64,000 nucleotides of DNA, from the NCBI GenBank assembly GCA_046293175.1, contig JBKBPM010000001.1:427446-491445 (forward strand), written 5' to 3'. The position numbers and the translations under genes are program-made. This document shows positions 27,158-36,551 of the stretch, one piece after another; position 1 is the first letter of the stretch; each line of letters starts with the position of its first letter. Under the pieces are notes generated by a model. That model did no database searches, was not told where the DNA came from, and was given only the letters and a program-made list of their open reading frames with translations. The stretch is from Minisyncoccia bacterium. Its GTDB lineage: Bacteria; Patescibacteriota; Minisyncoccia; Phycocordibacterales; UBA918.

Positions 27158-29072
27158 ACAAGCGAAGACTATTGAGAATAACTACAATCGCCATACCAGA
27201 ATCAGCCGCAATTGCAAATACCAAATTAGCGTTCCCAGTAACGACCAACAGTAAGAACAACACTTTCACACCTAGTGCCAAAGCAATATTCACTTTGATA
27301 ATTCGCATCGTCTGCCGTGCCAACCGCACTGTATACGGGACGGTTTCAAGATTGCCAGACATAAGCGCCATATCGGCTGTTTCAATCGCCACATCGGTAC
27401 CTCCAGCGCCAATAGCTATACCAACATCAGCTATCGCGAGCGACGGTGCGTCATTAATACCATCACCGACCATAGCAACTACCCCGTATTGCTTTTGCAA
27501 GGCAAGCACTTGTTCAACCTTATCTTCAGGTGAAAGGGCTGCGAAAATGTTATTGACTCCGACAATTTCACCAACATACTCAGCGCTTCGGGCGTTATCA
27601 CCAGTGAGCATACTCGTTGTGATACCGAGACTTTCCAGATCAGCAATAATTGCTCTAGCTTCTGTGCGTACTTCGTCGGCAATAGCGATAGCTCCGATAA
27701 GTTCTGTCTCAGACGCAATAAAAACGACCGTCTTACCAGTCGCTTCCAAAGCTTTGACCTGTTCTTCAACTTGCGCACTATTCACACCCAACGATTCCAT
27801 CAGTTTACGGTTCCCAATGGCGTGTGGAGCGCTACAGATCGTGCAATTAGCATGTCCGCCCTTACCGGCTACATTCTCAAACTGGTCCATAGCATGAGGA
27901 GTAATTCCTTTGGCTGTGGCGTAGTCAATAATAGATTGTGCCAAAGGATGTGAGGAAAACGCTTCAATACCTGCTGCATCTGCTATTACCTCTGCTTCTG
28001 AATGAGAACCAAACGTCAAAACATCTGTGACAGTGTGTCTTCCATAGGTAAGTGTACGTGTTTTATCAAACGCAATTGCTCGTACTTTTGCTAATTGCTC
28101 AAGATATGAACCACCTTTGATAAGAATACCCGCTCGTGAGGCGCCTCCAATCGCTGAGGCAATTGCTACCGGAGTGGAGATGACAAGCGCGCAGGGACAA
28201 GCAATAACCAGGAGAGTAATTGCTCGGTACAACCAGATCTCAAAGGGCATATCGAACAGTACAGTTGGAATCGTGGCCACTAAAAACGAAATTACGACAA
28301 TGAACGGCGTATAGTAACGGGCAAAGCTTTCAATGAAGGTGTCAGTTTCTGCTCGCGCATTTTGCGCTTTTTCGATGAGTATGATGATACGGGCAAAGAG
28401 TGAATCTTTGCTTTCTTTGGTCACTTGCACTTCCAAATAACCTTGAATATTGAGGGTACCAGCAAAGACCGTATCCTCTGGCTGCTTGTCAACCGGCGTC
28501 GATTCACCGGTAATGGCAGCTTCATCAAGGGCAGACATTCCACTTACAATCACTCCATCAAGGGGAACTAATTCACCAGGCTTGATAACAATAACGCTAT
28601 CAACTGTTACTTCCTCGACAGGCACAGTCTCTCCACTTTTTAGTCGAGCGACTTTTGGCGAGCGTTTCAGAAGCGCCTCAACTGCTTGACGGGAACGTTC
28701 AATCCCAAATGTTTCAAAAAACTCTGCCAGAGAAAAAAGAAATACTACCGCAGCGGCTTCTCCATATTCACCAATGTACAGAGCCCCAATCGCAGCGATA
28801 GTCACCAAAAAGCTAATATTAAGAAACCGCTTTTTGACCAAACCACTAATTGCACTTTTAAGCACAAACACCCCACCAACTAAAATTGATAGGATGTAGA
28901 AGAAGAAACTCAACTCTACTCGTTCGGGTGTAAATTGCCAGGTAAAACCAATAGCTAACAAAAGCCCGGAGATTGGTGTACAGATACGAAGTGCGTCAGC
29001 GGTAGAAAAACGCCATCGACTCTTGGTGTGAACATCGTTTTCATCACAATGATTACAGGTTGATTGACTCAT
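27147..29072 (-). CDS. P1B-type heavy-metal-translocating ATPase with P1B-2 (Zn/Cd/Pb-type) transmembrane signature; non-canonical DKTRT phosphorylation motif
   Basis: CPC is present in TM6 (IACPCALVISTP). N(x7)K (NIALALGVK) and ADSG (DxG) fit ZntA/CadA-type TM7/TM8 rather than the Cu-type YN/MxxSS. TGDN, GDGINDAP and SSHPLA are present, and an N-terminal CNHCDEND lies at the start. The phosphorylation site reads FDKTRTLT instead of DKTGT. Confidence 0.85.
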   Translation of the reverse strand: MSQSTCNHCDENDVHTKSRWRFSTADALRICTPISGLLLAIGFTWQFTPERVELSFFFYILSILVGGVFVLKSAISGLVKKRFLNISFLVTIAAIGALYIGEYGEAAAVVFLFSLAEFFETFGIERSRQAVEALLKRSPKVARLKSGETVPVEEVTVDSVIVIKPGELVPLDGVIVSGMSALDEAAITGESTPVDKQPEDTVFAGTLNIQGYLEVQVTKESKDSLFARIIILIEKAQNARAETDTFIESFARYYTPFIVVISFLVATIPTVLFDMPFEIWLYRAITLLVIACPCALVISTPVAIASAIGGASRAGILIKGGSYLEQLAKVRAIAFDKTRTLTYGRHTVTDVLTFGSHSEAEVIADAAGIEAFSSHPLAQSIIDYATAKGITPHAMDQFENVAGKGGHANCTICSAPHAIGNRKLMESLGVNSAQVEEQVKALEATGKTVVFIASETELIGAIAIADEVRTEARAIIADLESLGITTSMLTGDNARSAEYVGEIVGVNNIFAALSPEDKVEQVLALQKQYGVVAMVGDGINDAPSLAIADVGIAIGAGGTDVAIETADMALMSGNLETVPYTVRLARQTMRIIKVNIALALGVKVLFLLLVVTGNANLVFAIAADSGMAIVVILNSLRLFDR

Positions 29073-29085
29073 AATTTAATTTTTA

Positions 29086-30318
29086 TTACGTCTGGATATT
29101 CATGCGTGCTTTTATTGCGTCCCGCATTATCATAAATTCTGATAACTTATCTTCCCCTAGTGTCACTCCCAAAGGCAGGTCGTCTGACAACGGATTAACT
29201 GGCACACCATTTTTAAACAGAGCATACTGCAAGTGTGGCCCTGTCGACATACCAGTCGAACCCACATAACCAATTGTCTCACTCTGCGTCACTGTGTTAC
29301 CTCGCTTAATACCCGTAGCCACTTTAGACAAATGGGTGTACTGACTCAGATAACCACCCGGATGCTTAATTTCTACGGTATACCCTAAGGCATCATTTTT
29401 CCAGCCCGCAAACGACACTTCACCGTTGCCGGTAGCGTATACCGGAGTTCCTTGTGGTGCAGCGTAGTCAATTGCCCGATGCGGTTGCACTACCCGTGTG
29501 ACAGGATTTACCCGGCTTTGTGTATAACCAGAACTGACCGAACCGTATGCGAGGGGTGTCCGTAGAAATGCCCGTGCCAAACTATTTCCTTCATTGTCAT
29601 AATAGGCATCCTCAAAACGATACGCCGTGTAGGATTTACCGTTTACGTCTGCTACAGCCCCAAGTACTGGGCCGTCCTGTACATACGAACCATCTTTCAG
29701 ACGCTCTTCGTAGAGAATAGTAAATGTATCTCCTATTGCGATATCACTCTCAAAATCAATACTAGAACCAAAAATAGTAGCGGTGTTCATGATTGTCGTG
29801 TCACTCACGTTTTCTGCCAGCGCATTAAGATAAAATGAACTTTCAATCTCTAGCTCGACTACTCGTTCTCGCACTTCAATTGGTAATGTTTCGATTTCTG
29901 CCACAAAGTCCTCGCCGTCGCGACGCACAACCAGCACTTCCTCTTCGCTGATTGGATATTCGACTGATGCCAGGGCTTCTTTTGCAAAGAAGAATTTTAG
30001 TATCTTACCCACATGAATTTGACTCAAAGCGTAGACATCTTCAGTTTCTTTAACGATATCTTGTGATTCATTTGGCGGGACACCAACCCGATTCATAATA
30101 CCGCCAATGGTTTCTTCGGGCGTAATGGTATATTCAACAACACGCAGGCTTGAAGAAGTTGTCGGAACATCAATCTGGCTGAGTGGTTCAGAAATAGCCT
30201 CGTCCGTATTGTTGTCTTTGTGCAGTTCCTTGTCCACTGGAACCCACCAATACGCCAATGCCACCAGAGCACTTACTGCGACAAGCACCAGCAGATACGG
30301 CAATCTAGGTCGTTTCAT
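29086..30318 (-). CDS. M23 family metallopeptidase (LytM-domain murein endopeptidase), N-terminal TM
   Basis: HRAIDYAAPQGTPVYA (HxxxD) and GSTGMSTGPHLQYALF (HxH) are present. Confidence 0.85.
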   Translation of the reverse strand: MKRPRLPYLLVLVAVSALVALAYWWVPVDKELHKDNNTDEAISEPLSQIDVPTTSSSLRVVEYTITPEETIGGIMNRVGVPPNESQDIVKETEDVYALSQIHVGKILKFFFAKEALASVEYPISEEEVLVVRRDGEDFVAEIETLPIEVRERVVELEIESSFYLNALAENVSDTTIMNTATIFGSSIDFESDIAIGDTFTILYEERLKDGSYVQDGPVLGAVADVNGKSYTAYRFEDAYYDNEGNSLARAFLRTPLAYGSVSSGYTQSRVNPVTRVVQPHRAIDYAAPQGTPVYATGNGEVSFAGWKNDALGYTVEIKHPGGYLSQYTHLSKVATGIKRGNTVTQSETIGYVGSTGMSTGPHLQYALFKNGVPVNPLSDDLPLGVTLGEDKLSEFMIMRDAIKARMNIQT

Positions 30319-30320
30319 AC

Positions 30321-31583
30321 TTAATAGCTTACGTAGTATGTGATGTTGGCAGAATCAGTCAGACCCTGCACAAAAGTAGTGGCTTCGGTTTGAAACTTTT
30401 GTTGTTTGAGCTGGTTTTTAATAGCGTCTGCAAACTCCGTCTCAGTCATAGCCTCTGGTTTTTCAATACCTGCGGTTTTTGCGTAAGTAGTCACTTCTTC
30501 ATCGGTTATAACCAGTTTATCGGCAATAGCTTCCTCGATACCTTTTTGGGTTTTAATTTGCTCACGGAGTATAGCTAGCGTCATACCTTGTTGCTCCAGG
30601 ACTGCTTCAAGCGTTCCCCCTTGACCCTTCACATTTTCTTCAATCAGTTTGATCTCAGCGTCAACTACCGACTCTTCAATAACAATGTCTTTTTCAGCTA
30701 AAGCATTTGTTAATAGTTTTTCCTGAATGACAGCTTCTAGAGCTTTTTCACCTCCTTGTTTTTCAAGCTCGCTGATAATAGCTAGGCGACTAATGGGTGA
30801 TCCATTAACGGTCGCAGCGACTATATAGCCACGCGTAAAAAGGAATGCTCCTACCACTAGTATGATAGCGGTAAAACCAGCTCCAATGAGAGCGAGTTGT
30901 CGGTAGGTTAGATTAACAGTACCGGTTTTGGTTGCGGTGGTAACTGGTTCAGTAGTGGCTATATTTTTTACATCTGCTACAACAGCATTGTTTGGTTCCA
31001 TAACGAGTTTTGTTTTAATTGTTTTTGTTACATTTCTGGTTAATTTTTGATGGGCTATCCACGCGAGGAGCAAGACGGTACTAAAGATCAATACCCCCAT
31101 AAATGGAATGGTGATAAAACCAAACACCAGTATTGGCGAATCGGTACAAGCTGGCAGTAGTCCACCATAGCTACAGGGTAGCGTTAGTTTGTTACCGAGG
31201 ACAAAACCCTGAAAGTGATAGTAGTAGTGATAGCTCGCAAAGAATAATCCAATTGCAGCTAAAATTGCTACCGTGAGGTGAGCTTCTTTTGTTTTCTTCC
31301 ACACTGCGACAAGTGTAATGATTTCAATCGGGTAGAGGAAAATTCGTTGCCACCAGCATAATTCACAGACCGGAGTTTTATATACGAATTGATATATAAG
31401 TGAGGTGAGGGTTGCCAAGAGCGCAATACTACCGATTGCAATCAACCATCGCTCATACTCAATCTGCATTACCTTTGCTCGGTAGCGCGAACTGCATACG
31501 ATCGATAGGACAAGAGTAACTGTAGCCGCAAACATGACCAGCGCACCGATACTTAAGAGTAGAGAATAGAAATCAAGAGACAT
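30321..31583 (-). CDS. DsbB/BdbC-like disulfide-bond formation membrane protein fused to a C-terminal SurA-N-like periplasmic chaperone domain
   Basis: KTPVCELCWWQRIF resembles DsbB KPCVLCIYER. A second Cys pair is LPCSYGGLLPAC. There are about 6 TM segments. The C-terminal ~180 aa (IISELEKQGGEKALEAVIQEKLL...GLTDSANITYYVSY) look like the SurA/PpiD N-terminal domain. Confidence 0.55.
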   Translation of the reverse strand: MSLDFYSLLLSIGALVMFAATVTLVLSIVCSSRYRAKVMQIEYERWLIAIGSIALLATLTSLIYQFVYKTPVCELCWWQRIFLYPIEIITLVAVWKKTKEAHLTVAILAAIGLFFASYHYYYHFQGFVLGNKLTLPCSYGGLLPACTDSPILVFGFITIPFMGVLIFSTVLLLAWIAHQKLTRNVTKTIKTKLVMEPNNAVVADVKNIATTEPVTTATKTGTVNLTYRQLALIGAGFTAIILVVGAFLFTRGYIVAATVNGSPISRLAIISELEKQGGEKALEAVIQEKLLTNALAEKDIVIEESVVDAEIKLIEENVKGQGGTLEAVLEQQGMTLAILREQIKTQKGIEEAIADKLVITDEEVTTYAKTAGIEKPEAMTETEFADAIKNQLKQQKFQTEATTFVQGLTDSANITYYVSY

Positions 31584-31594
31584 ATTTGGTTGCC

Positions 31595-32278
31595 TTATTC
31601 GGTAATTCCAAACTCCACATTACTTCCAAGCTCAGCATCAATAAGTGCTTTAAAGGCTTCAAGACCGTTGGGGTTTTGAATCTTCTTACCATTAAGGTAA
31701 AACGATGGGGTGCCCGTGTTACCAAGTTGCTCACCTGCAGCAAAGTCACGCTGGACACGAGCTTTTACCTCAGGCGAAGCGACATCTGCTTTGAATTGCT
31801 CCATATTCAATCCTAACTGCTCTGCGTACACTTCAAATACTGCTGGGGTAGGAGCTGGTTTTTCGCCCCAGCTCTTTTGTTCAGTAAAGAGCAAATCGTG
31901 CATCTCCCAATATTTACCTTGTCTACCTGCGGCCTCTACCGCTAACGCGGCGGTCATACTGTTACGATGACTTGGTAGTGGAAAATAACGGGTCACAATT
32001 TTAAGGTCGTTCGGGTACGCTTTTGCCAATTCCTGCACGACTGGAAAATATGCTCCACACGCTTCACATTCAAAGTCGAGGTATTCGACCAGAGTTACCG
32101 GTGCTCCAAGGTTGCCTTTAATATAATCGTCAGGTGCAATCGCAAGCAATGTTGCACTATCAGCAGTGGTCACCGCTTTCTTTTCCGTACCAGCAGAAGC
32201 CGCCCAAATAAAACTACCGATAATCAGACCGATAATACCAACCCATAGCCATGTTCCGTTTGAAGTTTTTGTACTCAT
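31595..32278 (-). CDS. DsbA-family thioredoxin-fold thiol:disulfide oxidoreductase (active site CEAC), membrane-anchored
   Basis: VTLVEYLDFECEACGAYFP, YFPLPSHRNS and GTPSFYLNGK are present. Confidence 0.8.
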   Translation of the reverse strand: MSTKTSNGTWLWVGIIGLIIGSFIWAASAGTEKKAVTTADSATLLAIAPDDYIKGNLGAPVTLVEYLDFECEACGAYFPVVQELAKAYPNDLKIVTRYFPLPSHRNSMTAALAVEAAGRQGKYWEMHDLLFTEQKSWGEKPAPTPAVFEVYAEQLGLNMEQFKADVASPEVKARVQRDFAAGEQLGNTGTPSFYLNGKKIQNPNGLEAFKALIDAELGSNVEFGITE

Positions 32279-32306
32279 AATTTTATTCTTGTTTTACTTT
32301 AGTAAG

Positions 32307-32852
32307 TCATGTTGTCTGACAGACATTTGATTGTGTCAGGGCTCGTAATTGTTGATTGATGGCAAACATAAGGATACTGATACTTAAGAGGGTTAACTCC
32401 TTGCCGCCAAAAGGTAAAAAGAGTGCAATTGATGCCAATCCGATACTACTCCCTAGTCCACTTAAGATAAGCGAACCACAAGCTGCACATCCCAGCCCAA
32501 TGGCACCACTACTGATTCCTAGTCCACCTACTGCCGCTTGTTTGGCGAGTGATTGCCTTTTATTTCGACGATACGAATACGCCATAAGCGCAGTCAGGAT
32601 TCCCACCAGCACTGCAATAGCAAGCGTCGTAACCAGTGAAAACACTGTAAAGTTCGTGAAGACACTGGTCAATAACGTGAGAAGAAATACAAGACTGTCA
32701 ACCAACCCGAACGCCCCTGCATTAATAACAGTACGAATGAGTGACCACTGCTGTACCCATATCAACAGCACCATAAGAAACGTGGCTATACCAAGAACAA
32801 TGCTCGTATAAAGCGGTTCTTGAAGTATTCGTACCAACATCTGTCTTTTCAT
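32307..32852 (-). CDS. Hypothetical integral membrane protein with intramembrane CAAC motif in a Gly-zipper helix
   Basis: GGLGISSGAIGLGCAACGSLILSGLGSSIG is the zipper helix and a second Cys sits near the C-terminus. It lies between the two DsbA-like genes. No family was recognised. Confidence 0.5.
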   Translation of the reverse strand: MKRQMLVRILQEPLYTSIVLGIATFLMVLLIWVQQWSLIRTVINAGAFGLVDSLVFLLTLLTSVFTNFTVFSLVTTLAIAVLVGILTALMAYSYRRNKRQSLAKQAAVGGLGISSGAIGLGCAACGSLILSGLGSSIGLASIALFLPFGGKELTLLSISILMFAINQQLRALTQSNVCQTT

Positions 32853-32857
32853 ACAAT

Positions 32858-33622
32858 TTATTCTGCCCCCAATGCCGCATCAATTAGTTGCTGTATTGCT
32901 GCTTGTGGTAAAGCTCCATTAAGGGGATATTTTTTACCATCTGGACCTACCACGATACTCCACGGCGTGCCGCGTCCGCCAGTAGCAATCGCATTTTGTA
33001 CATGGGCTTCAACCGTAGCCGCATGACGACCACTAGCAAGACACTCATTGAAGGCTGTGACGTTAAGACCTGCGTAGGCAGCGATTTTTGGTAATTCAGC
33101 CACATCTAGCCCATCATTAGCTGGAGTGATTTCCATCATTCGATCAAGGTACTTCCAGAAGCCATCGTTGCCACCAAGCTCAGCTGCACATTCGGTTGCT
33201 TCAGCTTCTTTGCGTGCTTTTTGATGGAGTTGATCAAGCGGAAAGTGTCGATAGACCCACGCTACGTTTCTTTTATTTTTTGGATCATCAACAATCGCCT
33301 GCATCGTGCTGTGAAAACGCTTACAAAATGGACACTCCGTATCGGAATACTCAACAATTTTTACTGGCGCATTTATGTCACCTTTAATATGGTCAATCGC
33401 TGTAACCGGCGTCATGCTATCTAGCTGAGCCGCAGTCGGACCAGTATCAGCTGGTGCGGTTGGGGGTTGATTTACCGCTACTGGTTTTGACACTGTAGCA
33501 CTTTGACCACTGGTAAATATCACCGCCCCGGCAATCAACATCGCCCCACCCAGAATAGCGAGTGGTATGAGATACGGTTGTATGTTTAGTTTTTTATTTT
33601 GTGTTGTGATGTTATCTTCCAT
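32858..33622 (-). CDS. DsbA-family thioredoxin-fold protein (active site CPFC), membrane-anchored
   Basis: VKIVEYSDTECPFCKRFH is the active-site region, and the C-terminal GTPWSIVVGPDGKKY matches the DsbA cis-Pro loop region. Confidence 0.8.
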   Translation of the reverse strand: MEDNITTQNKKLNIQPYLIPLAILGGAMLIAGAVIFTSGQSATVSKPVAVNQPPTAPADTGPTAAQLDSMTPVTAIDHIKGDINAPVKIVEYSDTECPFCKRFHSTMQAIVDDPKNKRNVAWVYRHFPLDQLHQKARKEAEATECAAELGGNDGFWKYLDRMMEITPANDGLDVAELPKIAAYAGLNVTAFNECLASGRHAATVEAHVQNAIATGGRGTPWSIVVGPDGKKYPLNGALPQAAIQQLIDAALGAE

Positions 33623-34001
33623 ACCATTGTTTTAACCATTCTTCCATCGTAGTAATTTCTTCAGTTTGGGTTTCAATAATCGCTTCAGCCATCGCTTTTA
33701 GTTCTGGTCGTTTGGTCTCATTAACCACCATCTCTGCCATCGCAACCGCTCCTTTATGGTGTTCAATCATTCCCTCAATAAAAGCAAGGTCGAGAGCGTT
33801 TCCAGTTTTATTTTCTAGTCGTTTGGGCATCTCATTCGTAGTCGTAGTCGTACTCATGCTGTTACTTCCCATGGTACCTATGTCATTCTCCAAGGAAGCC
33901 ATCGGTTCAGGGGTATTAGGTTCGCCAGATGAGAAATAGAGAGTAGTGAGTACTCCGAGTGTAAAAGATGCAGCTACAGCAATAATCGTTAGTCGATTCA
34001 T
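33612..34001 (-). CDS. DUF305 domain protein (single-repeat, secreted)
   Basis: DLAFIEGMIEHHKGAVAMAEMV is the DUF305 motif and a signal peptide is present. Confidence 0.75.
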   Translation of the reverse strand: MNRLTIIAVAASFTLGVLTTLYFSSGEPNTPEPMASLENDIGTMGSNSMSTTTTTNEMPKRLENKTGNALDLAFIEGMIEHHKGAVAMAEMVVNETKRPELKAMAEAIIETQTEEITTMEEWLKQWYGR

Positions 34002-34052
34002 ATGTTTTAGTTACATTAATAAAACCACTTTCGTGGCTATAGCGCGTGTTAA

Positions 34053-34499
34053 CTAAAATAATTTTGGATGGAGGATACCTTGTGAAAACAAATCACTATA
34101 AAAATCGTACGCACGATTAGTATAAACGGCAGGAACGGTAATGTCCCGCGAGCGCTTGAGGTAATACGTTAAAATGAACGGGAAATGTCCTACTGTCATT
34201 CGTAAGCGGTGTAAGTGTTTTTTCCCAATAAATAATGCGAGTAATACGAGGAGGATGCTCGCTTTGGCTGGTGTGACAGTTAGTAAATGCTGCCACGCTT
34301 CAATGTGTTCAAGTGGACTCATTGAACAGAGAGATGTGCTGTCCCTATCCATAAGCGGACAGCCTGGCATCGTAATTTCTGACATTGCCATACCTTTGAT
34401 ATGCAAATAGGCAAATACAAATGTTGAAAATACTGCCACTAAGAATAGTACTGCGATTACTTTTCGTATGCTGTTCGTGACTCGAAACATAAATCCCAC
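34053..34499 (-). CDS. Hypothetical membrane protein with Cys motifs (GCPLM, SLCSM)
   Basis: It has two TM segments and is the first gene downstream of the recombinase in the minus-strand block. No family was recognised. Confidence 0.45.
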   Translation of the reverse strand: MGFMFRVTNSIRKVIAVLFLVAVFSTFVFAYLHIKGMAMSEITMPGCPLMDRDSTSLCSMSPLEHIEAWQHLLTVTPAKASILLVLLALFIGKKHLHRLRMTVGHFPFILTYYLKRSRDITVPAVYTNRAYDFYSDLFSQGILHPKLF

Positions 34500-34542
34500 T
34501 AATTATATAGTAAATCTCATTTTTTTCTATCTCAATTTGAGC

Positions 34543-35871
34543 TTATGTAACAGTATAAAGTGTGATTTTCTTTTGACTTAACAGTATGGAAGACTTGAAA
34601 CAACTCATGATTTCACGTTTTTCTTCCACTGATCCGTCTTTTAGCAGAAACTTTATATATCGCTTGATATCGATATCACCGACCTCAAAATTAAGGTCTT
34701 GCCCAAGTAGCGATAGCTCAAATCTTTTATACCTTGTCACTTCTGAGACAATCTTCTTCTGAACAGAAGTTTCATTGATCTGTACTCCATCAATCAGAGC
34801 TTGAAGCTGTTTAACTAGATCAGACTCAGCTATATACCCGCACTTGCAGTTCTTATCTCTCGCCTTCGTACAGCCATAGTAGATATGGGCTTTGATACTT
34901 CCATTCTTTAGCTTCTTGTATTTCTCGTCAGCGCTTATACCTGAACCACATAGTCCACAAGTCATAAGCTTGGTGAATGCAAATTCCTTCTCTTGTCTAG
35001 TCTTCAATTCGTTGCCTTTCAACTGGCTCTGCACCTGATCAAATAGTTCTTTGGTGATGAGCGGTGGGTGTTTTCCGTTATACCAATTACCTGATTTCTT
35101 TGGATACTCAAACACACCGTAGTAGAAGGGATTTTCTAGTAGCTTGTATATATTACCGAGACTGAGCGGTTTCTTGCTCGGTAAGGCCTTGAAATTAATA
35201 TCGAATTTTAGCCAGTGATATAACTTTCTTCCACTCCATTTCTCATACGCCACTTTCTCAAACATTTGCTTAACCACATGACCGCGTTCAGTGTCTATGT
35301 ACGTCTCACACTTTCGATCCATGCGTTTTTCTTTAAGGTAGCCAGTTGGTGCAGGTGCGGGCCAGAGTCCCATTTCAACTCTAGTTTTTAGACCTCGTTT
35401 AACATTGATACTTTTATTGTCGTTCTCAAGCTTAGCTTGAGAACACAAAATCATCAGAAGGAACTTTTCACTCGGTGTATTGGTAAATGTCTGTCCGTAT
35501 GTACGTATCTCACGAAGTAAATGTTGATCCATAAGATCAACCAGTGAACCGAGGTCGCCAGCGTTACGACTGAGACGATCTGGATGCCAAACGATAATCC
35601 CGTTAAATCGCTCTCGTCGTATATCTTCCAGTATTTCCTTGAAGACAGGTCGTTGTCCTGAATCTTTAGCGGAGTGTGACTCTCGTCTAATCTCCACAAT
35701 ATCTAACTGTTCTCGCTCCGCGATTGCCAACATCTCCTTAACTTGCGAGTCAATTGAAAGGGCTTGTTTTTCATCTGATTCGGTACTTTTGCGTGCGTAT
35801 AGTAAGTACCTAACTGGCACCTTGGGTACATCTGTTTTAACTCCAAAATTATTCATTACCTGTGTTTCCAT
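34543..35871 (-). mobile_element. Large serine recombinase (resolvase/invertase N-terminal catalytic domain + recombinase domain + zinc ribbon)
   Basis: VRYLLYARKSTESDEKQALSIDSQ carries the catalytic Ser and ...HPDRLSRN follows. The central recombinase domain and a C-terminal Cys cluster (CGLCGS...YYGCTKARDKNCKCGY) are present. Confidence 0.9.
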
Positions 35872-36056
35872 TATTAATTAATGACAGACCTGCACGAGGT
35901 GCATAGCTATGCAGACTAAGAAAAACGTCACGTACTCGTCTTTAAGCCTTAGCAAAACAGCAAACATGCGATAGAGTGAAATCGGTAGCAAAAACTGCTA
36001 TTATTGACCGACAACACCTAAACCAGAAAGCAATTTCTGGCATGGTGCAAAGAAAT

Positions 36057-36104
36057 CCTACGCAAATAGAAACGGCCACATAAGCCGGCACTTATTTGCG
36101 TAGG
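36057..36104. repeat. 12-bp perfect inverted repeat (cctacgcaaata / tatttgcgtagg) with 24-nt spacer, next to the recombinase gene
   Basis: The arms lie at 36057..36068 and 36093..36104. A second small palindrome, ccagaaa-gca-atttctgg, lies at 36022..36040. Confidence 0.5.
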
Positions 36105-36142
36105 TTCGCTCTCGAAAGGGAGCGGGATAATTCCGAAAGGGG

Positions 36143-36418
36143 TTGTCGTCGGTCTTGCGTGGCCATTTGTGTTACCACATAACCGACGACTGGATTGACC
36201 GCTACCCACAAATGTATCGTTGGAAAGGCTACGAGGATGAAGTACCCGACAAGATTAGAGCCTGTATTCGCTGTTACCGCTATACAGGCTCATTTCTTGG
36301 GTACTTGTTTAAAACCTTGGAATACTCAGCAAGAGGCAAACCGCCCTGGGTTTCATTAGATGACAGGATACTGGACGGAGCTAAAACAAGGATTGAGTAT
36401 GTTCGAGCGGAAGAATAA
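36143..36418 (+). CDS. Hypothetical small protein (TTG start, 91 aa), W/Y/C/R-rich
   Basis: GAAAGGGG precedes the TTG start. A 10-bp stem hairpin (atagttacag/ctgtaactat) lies directly after the stop at 36420..36443. Confidence 0.3.
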   Translation: MSSVLRGHLCYHITDDWIDRYPQMYRWKGYEDEVPDKIRACIRCYRYTGSFLGYLFKTLEYSARGKPPWVSLDDRILDGAKTRIEYVRAEE

Positions 36419-36551
36419 ATAGTTACAGACGACTGTAACTATTTACTGCAATCCTGTGTAACTTTTGTCACTTTTTTGAGCACGAGACGCGTCGAAATAG
36501 TAGACTAAAAAGTAGCCAAACCATCAAGCAGGACTTGACCGTCCACGGTTC

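Noticed and set aside
27172-27897. 241-aa plus-strand ORF rich in Ala/Ser/Thr
   Set aside because: It is antisense to the P-type ATPase gene and a low-complexity translation of its opposite strand.
35872-36551. Direct repeat of the tRNA-Ser 3' end that would mark the distal island boundary
   Set aside because: No copy of ttcgaatcctc... was found downstream of the recombinase, so the island boundary is left undefined rather than asserted.
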